From Candidatus Peribacteria bacterium (GTDB lineage: Bacteria; Patescibacteriota; Gracilibacteria; BD1-5; UBA2023): a stretch of 52,388 nt of DNA. The position numbers were made by a program, and so were the translations under genes. This document shows, piece by piece, positions 34,869 to 47,294 of this stretch (the stretch's first letter is position 1; the number at the start of each line of letters is the position of its first letter). The stretch is from NCBI GenBank assembly GCA_040383945.1, contig JBEICN010000003.1, forward strand, positions 1 through 52,388. The letters run 5' to 3'. The notes under the pieces were generated by a model, which saw only the letters and a list, made by a program, of their open reading frames with translations, was not told the origin of the DNA and ran no database searches.

Positions 34869-35756
34869 ATGATTCAAGCTAAACTACCGATCACAGAGTC
34901 TCTCACTCCCAATAATTCAGAGCAAAAACCAACGGAGCGGTTCTTTGAAAGTGTTTTGAAAAAGGTCGAAGAAACCGCTATACGCACAGGAACACGCAAG
35001 GAGTCTAAGGAGCTGATTCGAATTATTATGGACATGCAGTACCAAACAAGTCGCACAGAGATTATTTTGTGAACCAAAGGTGAGCAACAGGAATTTCTTG
35101 AGCGAATTGAGTCGCTGCTGGTAAATCCAGGAGAATATACCACCACTCAAATCAAAGAAAATCTCCAGGCAATCATTTCAGAAGAGTTCTCCAAAGCAAT
35201 CACTCGAGCAAAAATGCTGAATCTGTCTCTTGGTGTCGATCTTCTGAAGCCAAGTGATGTCAAGTTCAATTTTCCTATGGTTGACGTCAATACCACCTTG
35301 GTCCCCATGGAGCTACATCTCGCGTTTTTCCCAGGAGATTCAGTTCAGCTGGCATATGGGAGATTGCGAGGTCAGTATGCAAGCCGAGGATTCAATGCCA
35401 TCATACTTTTGGATACCGAAAAAAAATTCAAAGGCATCATCACGCTCGATACGCTTCAGAGGTCTCTCGACGAAAATCCCAAGGCCTTACTTTGAGAAAT
35501 TCCTTTGGACATTACGGATAATTACGGAACGCTGAATACTCCAAAATCTGAAATTGAACAGCATATGATGGAACTCGGAGTGAATATCTATCCAATCGTT
35601 GATAAAAATCTATTGCTCATTGGCATACTCACTCATGAAAAAATAGCATTCACTGATGTTCGATTTTATGCAGCTCGACTCAGTACCCAAGTGAGCGAGT
35701 CGCTTCTGAAGCAAGAAATAGAGTCGAAACATACTCACGAAAGCCCAAGTGCGTAA
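34869..35756 (+). CDS. Protein with C-terminal CBS domain pair
   Basis: FNAIILLDTEKKFKGIITLDTL and VNIYPIVDKNLLLIGILT; three track ORFs joined at TGA. Confidence 0.75.
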
Positions 35757-35799
35757 CTTCTTGTCGCAAGAATTTGTATCATATGTATTTTTTGAATAG

Positions 35800-36046
35800 C
35801 AAAAAGTCCATATGTGCAAAGGCTTTTGTGTTGTAACACGCCCACATATGGACTCCTTTTGGTACTTGACGAACGCCGTTTTTCGTCAATGTGCATCAGC
35901 TGTATTTCCCCTGTTTTTACAAGTCTAGGGTTCTTGTTTCATGTTCAAGTAATTTCAAGAACAATGACGTTGTTATTTTAAAAAGAAAATCTTTTTTATA
36001 TTTGTTTGTGTAGGTGATTTCGGCCACCGTGTGTATAACAGCTGAC
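35800..36046 (-). ncRNA. Candidate structured small RNA (about 250 nt)
   Basis: TTGACA-N17-TTAACT promoter-like site, closing stem tcagctgt/acagctga, several hairpins, terminal 12-bp stem plus U-run. Confidence 0.45.
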
Positions 36047-36126
36047 AAATATAGTTAAACATAAAATAAAATATCTGTCAAAAAATTCATGATTTTTTAT
36101 AAAATGCCGTATTACTCGGTACAAAA

Positions 36127-38235
36127 TTACTTTTCTGTAGCACGATAATCACCTTTCCAGTCAGGAGGGCAGCCATTTTTTATATAGGCCTCACATCTCT
36201 TTAAGAATGTTTTTGATGGCCCGTCATCATCAGTTTCTATAAGTTTGAAAAATATTTTTTTTGCTTCTTCAAAATGCCGAGTCTGATAGAGGCCCAATGC
36301 CACTTCAAAATGAGCAATTTTATCCAGTTCTGTATCAGAGACGAGATTTCGAAAGCCAACAAGCTCATATATGATCACAGGTAAGTCTTTCCCCTTTACC
36401 ATGATGCTATCGAGTTTTCGAAAGACAAAGTGTTCTTGTTCACTTTTTGCCACTGATTCACCGACACAAATAAGTGTGTCATACATTTTATTGACCGCCT
36501 CAAGTCGCGATGCGGTATTTACGGTATCCCCAAGTGCCGTGTATTCTATTTTGTGACCTTCACTTCCAATGTTTCCTACTACTGCCTGCCCCTTATTAAT
36601 ACCCATTCGTACTTTGATGGTGAATCCAAAATCTTGTTTGAATTGTTTATTTCGCTCGGCAATCGCCTGTTGTTGTAATAGTGCCGATTTGCAGGCAAGA
36701 TAGGATTGCTGTTTTTCTACTCAGAATGCTCCCCATATTGCCATGACCGCATCACCCACATATTTATTCACAAAACCACGCTCTTTGATAATAATATCTG
36801 AGACATCTTTGAGATAGAATGATAGAAATCGAACCAGCTCCTCTGGGTCCATGCCTTCTGAAATAGTGGTAAAGCCAGCAATATCAGAAAAAAATAGAGT
36901 CACTTCTTTTTTTGTTCCTCAGAGCTTCACCTCTTCATAGTTTGCAAGCACCGAGGTAACGAGATCTTCCGCGAGATATTGGGACAGCATATTTTTGAGT
37001 AAGCGTTTCCCTTTTTCTTCATAGATGTACTTATACATCATGGCTCAGCTCGTACTTAGTATGATTACTATGATAAGTTGAGTCGGGTGTGTTAATATGC
37101 GGGAGGATAAAAATACCGCAATATAGAATATCACCCCCAAAAACAAAGTAATGACCGAATTTCCAATTTGGTAACTGCGACTTTCTACATGGATCAAAAA
37201 CAGCGTGAAAAACAAAGTCAGAAATACAATTATGAGGCCTTGAGCCAGTAGAGGGACATAGGTAAGATAATTCTGCTTGAGAATAGTGCTTATAAAATTC
37301 ATGTGCACTATCGCCCCGTACATGATTCCAGTAGGAGTGAAAAATTCATCATGCAGACCTGTGGCAGTGGCTCAAATGACCACAATCTTATCCTTAACTA
37401 AGGCCGGATTAAATCTATTATTGTAGACATCCACAAATGAGAGTGTTTGGTACGATTGACCTTTGAGGGGATAATTTATGAGTATTTCCGAATACCCCTT
37501 ACCAGCAAGGGGTAAAAATTCGTATTTTCCCGTATGAAATCTATACACCTCCTCATAGAGCGAAGCATCTTTATAAACCTCACTTTTCTGGTTGTAAATT
37601 ACATCCAAATATTTTCTGAGAATTTTTAGAGAAAATGCCTCATGAGTTCCATATTTCTTGTTTGAGATACTTGGTATGATGCCGTATACCATGTCATTGG
37701 ATCTCTCCATGTATGGTTGGAAGTATCCAATGGAGTAAGCAGCTTCACGAAGTATGGGGACAGGAAAGAGTAGCTCCTCGCTTCCATAGGAAAATCCAAG
37801 CACGACATTCCCCGCTTTTTTTATAGCTGAAGCAAGAATTTCGTCTCCGTCGGCTTTTTCTGAAAAAAGCACGTCCACACCAATGACTATGGCTCATGCA
37901 GACTTCAGATTTTCTATCGCTTTAGCGTAATTTACTCTCTTAAATTCTTGCCAGCGACCGAGTCCTCAGAATTCCTCATCTCGTAGGGTTCTATCGTCAA
38001 TAGCCACGAGCAAGAGACTGGGATGGGGGATATTGTTTTTGACAGGAAAATCTCGCCCGAAAATTTCGAGTGGAAATTCTAATGAGAATAGTAGGCTACG
38101 AAGTCAAAAATTGGCATACGAGATTCCTTGCTTTATTCCAGGAGCTAGGGATATCAAGAATACGAACAGAAGAATTCCAAGTGTAATGATGCCTGCAAAA
38201 AAGAATTTTACAAAGGTCCTGCTCTGTATTTTCAT
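36127..38235 (-). CDS. CHASE2-domain class III adenylate/guanylate cyclase
   Basis: LVAIDDRTL...LGRW...IGVDVLFSE (CHASE2), three TM helices, FFSDIAGFTTISE, KYVGDAVMAIWG, YTALGDTVNTASRLE, VKGK. Confidence 0.93.
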
Positions 38236-38238
38236 GGT

Positions 38239-39579
38239 TTAATTTTTAATGTCACGAATGGTGGTGTCAACTTTTTCATTAAATTTGAGTATTCCATCCA
38301 TAATGCTTTCACTGTCTATTTTGAAAGTCTTAGAAAACCAATCTGGATCAGAAAGTGTTTCATAGCTTTTACCCTTCCATTCTTCCATTCTTTTGTTAAA
38401 CATATCAATGCGCTCCATTGGTAAAGCCTCTTGGAGTCTTTTGATTTCTTCGGTGGTGTTAGACTGTGTCGAATAGGTTTGAAGATATCCCTGTAATTCC
38501 TTGGTATTGCGTGGTAAATCATTTTTTAAAGCATCCCAAATATCAAACAAGGTGGCGCGTGAAAAAATTTCACGATATTTTTTTGCATCACTTTCTGGCA
38601 TGGTTTGTAAGATGGCCTCACGAAGGAGTATTTTTGAATCCAATGTATCTTCCGAAGAGTTGAGAACCGAAATAGCCTCATAGATTGCCAGTAGTTCTTG
38701 GGTGTTTTCTGAGCTAAGTTTGGAAGAGTCTATGGAAAGCGATATACCGGAACTGCTCGAATTGACGGTAATAGGTAAATTTTGATGAGTTATTCAAAAT
38801 AATTTTCTGATATATTCTTGAATTTTGCTTATCCAGTGTTCTTTTTGAGAGAGATTTTGCAATTTTTCTTTGATTTTTTGGAGTCGCTCTTGGGCCAACT
38901 CTCAGTCAAATGTGAGATTTTGACTTTGCCATTTTGGATCTAAGTTACTACTTTGTATTGATTTGATGGAGTCATCGGTTGTCACGCTTCTTCCATCAGT
39001 GACCGTAGTAAGGTATGACCCCTTTTCATCCTGTATTTCTATCGCATGCGATTCAGTTCTGAGATACCCTTTTTCTACGTTAATTTCAAATATAGTCCCC
39101 CGTACGGCAGCAATTTTTTGATTGTTATCGTAACGCTGTTTGAATGATGACTCAGGATCGAGTCATCGGGCCAGATTACTCCAACTTTTTCCTTCTGAAA
39201 TTGAAAAATCTACCTGAGTTGAGCCATATATACCTTGTTTGATTTCTAGTACAGTGATATTTGTTTTTTCCCCGAGTCTCGTGACCGAACCATCAGTCCA
39301 AAAAATAGTCGCCGCAGAATTTGCGAGAGTGCGAATTCTGTCGTCAATTCGAATATTTTTTTTCTGTTGAACTTCCAGAGTGGTGATACTTCCATCGGCA
39401 CTCTTAATGATAGTTTTTCCTTCAGTGGCGAGTATATATGAATCGATTCTATCCTTAGTTACTACTAAGTTTTTCGTATTTGATACGTCTACAAAGAGAA
39501 GAAAGGCAATAATGGTGATTAATGTTACCAGAACCACAGAAACGATGTGCTGTCGGAAAACGAGGATAAATGCGTACAT
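38239..39579 (-). CDS. Membrane-anchored FecR-domain protein
   Basis: TM helix, then DRIRT...ATIFWTDGSVTRLGEKT...AAVRGTIFEI; helical C-terminus; start may lie slightly upstream. Confidence 0.82.
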
Positions 39580-39642
39580 GAAAAGTCGGATAGAATTTTT
39601 TCTTCTTTTCGCTATTGTATATCAAACTTAATTGACTACAAG

Positions 39643-40041
39643 ATGCCTTCGCGTTTCCAGTATATTCTTGCCCTATTAATTCTCGTAATTATTTACGAAG
39701 TATATCTCGTAGTGTACTACAAATATCAGGACTTTCAGGTAAATATGTATATGGAAAATATCGAAAAAGAAAATTTTCGACTTTATGAAAGAATTGAGTT
39801 ACATAAGGATTATTTGGCCACCATACAGACTCATGCGTACATAGACCGAATCATGAAATCTTCACAAAATAGAAAAAATCCAGGAGAAGAGGCTATTTTT
39901 TTGGTAGATCAAAAGGAGGTATCTCATTATGTGGCCTTAGATACTGCCAAGATCATCGCCGATCGGCCTGTTTCTTCTGTGACCTCAGGAATGAATAATC
40001 GACAAAAGTGGGCCTATCATTTGTTCGGCCTTGTCCCATAG
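39643..40041 (+). CDS. FtsB/DivIC-like septum formation initiator
   Basis: TM helix, coiled coil, then YIDRIMK...KNPGEEAIFL. Confidence 0.65.
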   Translation: MPSRFQYILALLILVIIYEVYLVVYYKYQDFQVNMYMENIEKENFRLYERIELHKDYLATIQTHAYIDRIMKSSQNRKNPGEEAIFLVDQKEVSHYVALDTAKIIADRPVSSVTSGMNNRQKWAYHLFGLVP

Positions 40042-40050
40042 AAGTGAGAC

Positions 40051-40092
40051 CCTCAGTAAAATACCTCCGAAATCGGAGGTATTTTACTGAGG
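40051..40092. terminator. Perfect inverted repeat between convergent genes
   Basis: cctcagtaaaatacctccga-aa-tcggaggtattttactgagg. Confidence 0.8.
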
Positions 40093-40105
40093 GCGGGTCG
40101 TTTTC

Positions 40106-40567
40106 CTAGAAGGGGATATCTTCGATATGTATTTCTTCTTCTATTTTTGCAGCTCGCTTTGTTTTTGGGGCGGAAGCTCCAGATTCATCACTTGCAGACA
40201 TTGGTGCAGTATCCCCATAGGTATCTTCTCGACTTCCACTCGCAGAAAGAAGAATAATGTTTTCAGCGACTATTTCAGTCTTGTACCGTTTTTGCCCAGA
40301 AGGATCATCCCAGCTTCGAGTTTGGAGTCGCCCTTCCACATAGACCTTCTTTCCTTTGGAAGTGTACTGCTCGATAATAGTAGCAAGTCCAGCCCAGGCA
40401 GAAATATTGTGAAATTCTACTTGCTCTTGTTTCATTCCTGCTGCATCTTTCCAAACACGATTTGTGGCGATGCTGAAGCTTGCCACCTTTTGTCCGTTTG
40501 GAGTTTCCTTTACTTCGGCATTTGCCGTAAGATTTCCGATGAGTTGCACCTTATTGAGTGAATTCAT
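40106..40567 (-). CDS. ssb: Single-stranded DNA-binding protein
   Basis: LNKVQLIGNL, VEGRLQTRSW, C-terminal EDIPF. Confidence 0.97.
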   Translation of the reverse strand: MNSLNKVQLIGNLTANAEVKETPNGQKVASFSIATNRVWKDAAGMKQEQVEFHNISAWAGLATIIEQYTSKGKKVYVEGRLQTRSWDDPSGQKRYKTEIVAENIILLSASGSREDTYGDTAPMSASDESGASAPKTKRAAKIEEEIHIEDIPF

Positions 40568-40689
40568 ATACGATTGTTTAAAAAATATGCGCTGTGAGTA
40601 TCATAGGGGAAAACACATGACTCGCAAGGAAAGATTTACGAAAAAACAAGTTTCTTGCATTTTATTTACAAAGGTGGTATGATACTCAC

Positions 40690-41889
40690 ATGAACAGCCT
40701 CCGATTATCACTTTTTTCAGCGCTCTTTTTTCTTTTTGCTTTCCTACAGGTTGCTTGAGTAGGTAGTATTACTGGCTTTATTACTTATCCACAGCTACCA
40801 TTTCTCAATCAACTTGGGGAATTTGGCAAATTGATTTTATTTTTTGGTTTTTCTATTTTTTCCTGGGTTGGGATATATTTTTTTCTCAAGAAAACCTATA
40901 TTGATCCCATTCGAGTCCTCCGTACCGAAATTGCACACTTTCTTGCGGGGGTTCAAAGTCCAAAAAAACTCGATACAAAGTCTCAAAATCCTGACATTTC
41001 TTATATCGGTAATTTTTTTCATCGAAGTTTGGAAATTTTGAGAAATTTCAAAGAAGAGTTCCAATCTTGACGGGTACTTCGCTCTGAAGTAGAGCTCGCG
41101 TCCGATATTCAGAAGCATGTTTTGAAAAAGTCTCACCCTGAAATTCCGTCCTTCGAAATCATATATGATACCAAAAGTGCTACCGAGGTAGGCGGAGACA
41201 GCTATGATATCATCAACCAAGGGGATAATTCTTATATCTATATAGGTGATGTTACCGGTCATGGGGTGGCTTCGGGATTTGTGATGATGATGGTCAATGC
41301 TTTGATTTCCGGCTTTTCAAAGATGATTGAAAATTCTGCCGATATTCTTGTGAGAACCAACGAAATCCTCAAGCCACGAGTAAAATCTAACATGCTCATG
41401 ACGCTCCTCATGGTACGATGGAATGAAAAAGAAAAAAAATTGTACATGACCGGAGCTGGACATGAATATCTATTGATTTACCGACAGCAACAAAATAAAG
41501 TTTTTGCAATAAAATCTGGAGGTATAGCACTGGGAATGACTCGTGATATTTCAAAAATTCTTAAAGAAATCGAAATCGCATTTGAGCCAGGGGATTGTCT
41601 CGTAATGTACACGGATGGAATCACTGAGTCACGAAATGGAAATAAAGAGTCAGATCTCATGTTTGGAATCGAGCGACTCATCAAGCTCGTGGCAGATGCG
41701 CCCGTAAAAACGGCTACTGGGATCTTCAAACACATTACGATTGAGCTCTCTCGATTTATGGGGTATAGTTATCGTCAATTTGACGACATAACTCTCATAG
41801 TTATCAGATACAAAGATCAACAAAAGATATTGCCAGAAACACGGGAAATTGCCGAAGATAATGTTACCGAGTGGAATTGGAATGCATAA
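40690..41889 (+). CDS. Membrane-anchored SpoIIE/PP2C-family phosphatase
   Basis: Two TM segments, EVGGDSYD, IGDVTGHG, GAGH, YTDGITE, DDITL. Confidence 0.9.
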
Positions 41890-42010
41890 ACATACAAACA
41901 TGAGAAATGGCAAGCGGTAAATAATTTACTCCACCACTCCTTTCTATTTTGTAAAAGGTAAATGCGGTGAGATATTTGCCTTTTGAAAAGCTACTTGTTA
42001 GAATACGGTT

Positions 42011-44005
42011 ATGTCAGATACAACACAAAAATCAGTTCTGCTCGAACTCGTGAGCAAAAATTATACCGGAGATTCCCAGGGGCATGAAAAGTTTCTGAGA
42101 GGGGAACTTGCTGTGCCCGAAAGTTCAGCTTCTCTCACCCCCACAGTTGATACAGTGCCAGCATCAGCATCAACTCTGACATCACTTGTTATGGAGACGA
42201 CCCCTGTTGAAGCTCCCCCCGCCAATGTGGCCGTGAGCGTAGATGATCCCAAAAAGAAAGTTACCAAGCAAGAAGAACGAGAGTTGCGACAAGGTGAAAA
42301 AGACTATTACGAAGCTCTTGCCTATATCAAAGATGCCATAGCTCCGGCAATGATGAAAGTAGATGCCAAACAAATTCAGATAGGAGATACGGTGATTCGA
42401 TCGGTATTTACCTATGCGTATCCTGACTTTCTTGAGGGAAACTGGCTTTCTCCACTCATCAACTGGGATGTAAAATTCGACATGTCGATGTTTATTTATC
42501 CAATTGAAGGGGCTTTTGTGATGAAATTTCTTAAGAAACGACTTACGGAGCTGTATTCGGAGCGGTCTATCAATATGGATAAGGGGTTATTGAACGACCC
42601 TGCTATCGACGCACAGATTCAAGACGTAGAAGAGTTGCGAGGTTCTTTGACTCGTGGTCAGGAGCGTTATTTTCACTTTTCCATCTATGTCACCATGTAC
42701 GGCGATGGCGAAGAGGCAATCAAAAAACTCAATAACACTTTTGATAATCTTCTTTCGGGAAGAAACATTCTGACAAAACAAGCATTTTTGAGAACAGAAC
42801 AGGCTTTTATAGCCACAGGCCCGTTTTGCAAGGATGAAGTGGGGGTATATCGAAATATCTCAACTAAGGGTCTTTCTACAACTTTCCCTTTTACATCAGC
42901 CTCTCTTTCTCAAGATGATGGTATTCTGTATGGTGTAAACACTCACAATAATTCACTTATCATATTTGATCGTTTCCGCACGGAAAATGCGAACATGGTT
43001 GTATTTGCAAAGTCTGGTTGAGGTAAGTCGTTTGCGGTCAAATTGGAAATTCTTCGTTCGTTGATGATAGGAACAGATATTATCGTTATTGATCCTGAAA
43101 ACGAGTACAAAGCCTTGGTAGAGACGGTTGGAGGTAGCTACCTCAATATCAACCTTAATTCTAATGAGCGCATTAACCCTTTTGATCTTCCGCGTGCGCT
43201 CAAGGATACGGAGGCTAAGCCGGGAGACCTGTTGCGCGGATCAATTATCAATTTGCTTGGCCTCATGAATCTTATGCTTGGTAAATGTAATCCAAGTGAG
43301 GAGGCTATTTTGGAAAAAGCTATTACCACGGTATATTCGCTTAAGGGAATTACTTTTTCTGATGATTCCATCGTGGGAAAGGAAGTTCCAGTAATGAAAG
43401 ATTTATTTTCAGTTCTGGAAACAATGGACGGCGCAAAAAGCCTGACAGAGCGGCTCGAAAAATATGTGTATGGAGTATTTGCCGGAGTTTTTTCTGAACA
43501 AACCAATATTTCTATGTCAGATGGACTCATGGTGTTCTCTGTCCGTGATTTGGATGATATTCTTCGGCCAATCGCCATGTACATACTTTTGTGATATGTA
43601 TGGAATGTTACTCGTTCTAGTCTCAAGAAACGCATCTTGGTGGTAGATGAGGCATGGAATATCATGCAGCATGAAGATTCTGCAAAATTCCTATTTGGCC
43701 TCGTCAAACGGGCTCGAAAATATGGACTCGGAGTTACTACGATTACCCAAGATGTGGAAGATTTCATGACTTCAAGCTATGGAAAAGCGATTGTCACGAA
43801 CTCCTCGATTCAGCTACTTTTGAAACAGTCACCTGCATCTATCGACGTACTTCAGAACCTCTTCAAGCTCACTGAGCAGGAAAAATACATATTACTTAAC
43901 GCTTCTGTTGGTACTGGTTTATTTTTTGCCTCAAGTGAGCATGTGGGAATTCAAGTCCTTGCGAGTTATTTTGAAGAGCAAGTCATCACTACCAAGCCTG
44001 CGTAG
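42011..44005 (+). CDS. VirB4-like ATPase
   Basis: FPFTS, NANMVVFAKSGG(TGA)GKS, IDPENEY, INPFD, LVVDEAW, RARKYG...ITQDVEDF. Confidence 0.88.
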
Positions 44006-44081
44006 CGGATTATACATATCAAAAGACATAATTTTCTTCTGGATGTTGCTCACTCTCTCTATTCTTTTTGTATAGACACCT

Positions 44082-44546
44082 ATGAATTATTGGCTTATGA
44101 AGTCCGAGCCGACGGAGTACTCCATTGATAATCTCCAAAGTGACCGAGTTTCGTCTTGGTTTGGAGTGCGAAATTTTCAGGCACGAAACTTTATGAGGGA
44201 TAGCATGCGCGTGTGAGATGGTGTATTATTTTATCATTCAAGCTGCCCTCACCCATGAGTATATGGTGTAGCCCAGGTGTGCAGTCCACCACATCCGGAT
44301 CTCACTCAATTTGAGCCAGGCAAATATTTTGACCCAAAATCTCGCCTTGATAAAATCATCTGGCACAGCGTGGACATCGAATTTATTTCAAAATTTGAGC
44401 ATCCATTCCTACTCGCAGACATTCGACAGCACCCATTGCTTCAGAATATGAAAATTCTCAGTCGATGAAACCGCCTCTCGATTACACCAGTGACCGAAAC
44501 GGAATTTCAGGTTATACGAGCAGGTAATTTGAATATTTGAGCATAA
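44082..44546 (+). CDS. EVE domain protein
   Basis: MNYWLMKSEP...WFGVRNFQARNFMR...GDGVLFYHS...GNRLSITPV. Confidence 0.92.
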
Positions 44547-44563
44547 AAGCCTATAATACTACT

Positions 44564-45130
44564 ATGACCATAATAAAACATCCGCATCAACGAGTGGCCG
44601 TCCTCATAGATACAAACAATCTCTATCATTCGGCTCGAAGCATATACGGACAACGTGTGAATTTTGCTGAGCTCTTGGAGCAGGCAACTGCGTGACGCGA
44701 GCTTGTTCGAGCTATTGCGTATGTAGTAAAATCAGATTCTCCAGAGGAAGACACATTTTTTGAAGCCTTGCACGATCGTGGAATAGAAACAAAAACCAAA
44801 GACCTTCAAGTATTTTATGACGGTACTAAGAAAGGGGATTGGGATGTCGGGATAACGCTCGATGCTATTCGTCTTGCTCCGCGACTCGATGCCATTGTTC
44901 TTGCGAGCGGGGATGGTGACTACATACCCTTGGTGGAATACCTAAAGTCTACCTTTTGAGTACAAGTGGAGGTCATTGCTTTTGGAAGAACCACCTCAGC
45001 ACGCATAAAAGAAGCGGTGGATGAATTTATCGATATTGATATGTACCGAGAAATGTTTCTTATTTGACGCCCCTCTAATCGTGGGAAAAATCTTACCGAG
45101 AGAAGGGGGAATAAGCGTTGAGAATCATAA
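44564..45130 (+). CDS. NYN/LabA (DUF88) domain protein
   Basis: RVAVLIDTNNLYH, KKGDWDVGITLD, LASGDGDYIPLV. Confidence 0.9.
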
Positions 45131-45244
45131 ACTTCATTAGCGTAAGCTTTACGCATAAGAGATTGGTAGAGGCGCGCTTAGCGCTTATGCGTACTTTTTT
45201 TGAGGCATTTTTTGAGAAATAGCTCTTGTTTTTCAGAGTATCAG

Positions 45245-47014
45245 CTACATTTTATTTGGAAGCGGAATGGCTAATATTTTGAAGGCTTCTGCCATCGTTG
45301 TGACCGTCTGATGAACGAGACTGAGCCGTATAGCCTTGAGATCTGCGTCTCACTCTTCTAGGAGTTTCGGCGTGTGAACATAGAAACTCGAAAATGTCGT
45401 CGCAAGTTCATATGCATACATCGCTAAGTGATGAGGTTTGTGGCTTTGGAGCATGCTATCGATGACCTCTTCTTTTTTGGCGAGGAGTAGAATCAGATTT
45501 TTATCAAATGGACTCAAATTGCACGAAAAACTGGTTGGTAACGTAACATCTTGGCCTGATTTTCCCAGAATATTTTTGGCTCGAACATAGGCATACTGTA
45601 TATATGGGCCTGAATGTCATTCAAAATTCAGAGCTTTATCCCAATCGAACACAATGTCTTTTTCACGATCTGACATGAGGTAGGAATATTTGATAGCACC
45701 GATAGCAATGGCTCTGATATTGTCTATCTCTAAGATAATTCCTTTTTTGGCGAGGAGCGCGTCCACTCGTGATATTCCTTCATCTATGAGCGACTGAAGG
45801 CGAATAATTTTCCCCGAACGAGTTGACATGGCCCCATCCTTTAGCTTGATGAAACCGTTTTTTGCTTGTGTAAATTTTGGAACCGTGATAAGTTTTTTCC
45901 CCCAATCTGATTTTTCGATCCACCATCGAGTTACTTCAAAGAGTTGTCGAAAATGAAGCTCCTGTCGTACGTCCACGCAATAAATAATATGCTCTGGATT
46001 CCAGCCATTGGTCATACGGTAACGAATACCAGCAAGATCCGATGCAAGATACCCATGTGTTCCATCACGCTTTGCGAGAATACAGGAAGGCAACTTTGTT
46101 GCTTCATCAAAAACTATACCTACAGATCCATCTTCGTTTTTGGTCGCAATACCTAGATTTACAAGTTCTGCTACTACATCTGACATGCGTACTTCCAATT
46201 TTGGGTAATCTCCAAGTGTTGGCAATCCCAACCCTTCATAAAAGGCCTCTCAGATCATAACATCTGGAAATACCAAAAGTTGCTTGCCCAGCTCCAATGC
46301 TTCGGATATGGTTTTTTTGGTAAAATCTAACCATAGACTCACCATTTCAGCATCTCAGAGGGAGAGTTTTTTGAAGGCTTCTCGGTAGGCATCTGCTATG
46401 GTAGGATCTGTTTCTTCAGCGGCCGTAAGTTTGACATAGACCTCCAAAAGATGTTCCACCGCATCATGCTCTAGTGCTGGTGCTGATCCAAACATATGGT
46501 AACCTACTATAAGCTTGCCGAAGAAACTTCCCCAGTCACCCTGATGCATATCACCAATAGTCGTATATCCACGATGTCGGTAAGCATTGATGATAACCTG
46601 TCCAATGGAAGGAGCGCAGAGGTGTCAAATATGAAGGGGTTTGCCTATGTTTGCTCCAAAGTAGTCTATAATTACAGTTTTTGAGGCATTAACTGATGTA
46701 TCATAAGGAGTACTACACCATAGAAGCAACTCAACGAGGCTTGAATCTGAAAATCTCACATTTACGTATCAGCCCATAGCGTTGGCAGAAATACCCTTGG
46801 TATTTTCATTTTGGGAATGGGAAATCTCTATGGCAATTTGGTTTGCTAGCTCAGCTGGATTTACGCCAATGTTTTTTGACAGTCAAAAAACTCAAATGGC
46901 AATATCTCCAAGCTCGGGCTTTGGAGGGAGTCCGAAAGTAAGCGCAATAGAATCTCCGGTATCTGGATATAGGTTTTTCACAATATCTAGTAGTCGTGCA
47001 TAAAGAATGTGCAT
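45245..47014 (-). CDS. argS: Arginine--tRNA ligase
   Basis: GANIGKPLHIG(TGA)HL (HIGH), GDWG, KRDGTHGYLASDLA, MSTRSG, FEG(TGA)HSGPYIQYAYVR. Confidence 0.96.
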
Positions 47015-47294
47015 AGGTTGTGAATAATCTATTGAATTTTTTCGTATGTAATATACTGTTTTTGGCTTACAGTTCAAGTTATTTTCGTATTAAAATTTTG
47101 TTCAATATTGCTATTTTCTTCGATTTTTTTTCAATTTTACGGGTCGAATGATTTTTTATATTAAAAATAAGTATTTCTTTACAGCACTGGTTTATTGATA
47201 GGTAAATTTTATTTAAAAGTATTATTATAACATAGTCAATATCTTAATTGTGGTAGCCTTTTTCAGAATACGATATTATACATTTGTACCCAAC

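Noticed and set aside
47015-47290. AT-rich stretch as a replication origin
   Set aside because: Only one DnaA-box-like 9-mer noticed and no dnaA/dnaN nearby; divergent promoters explain it
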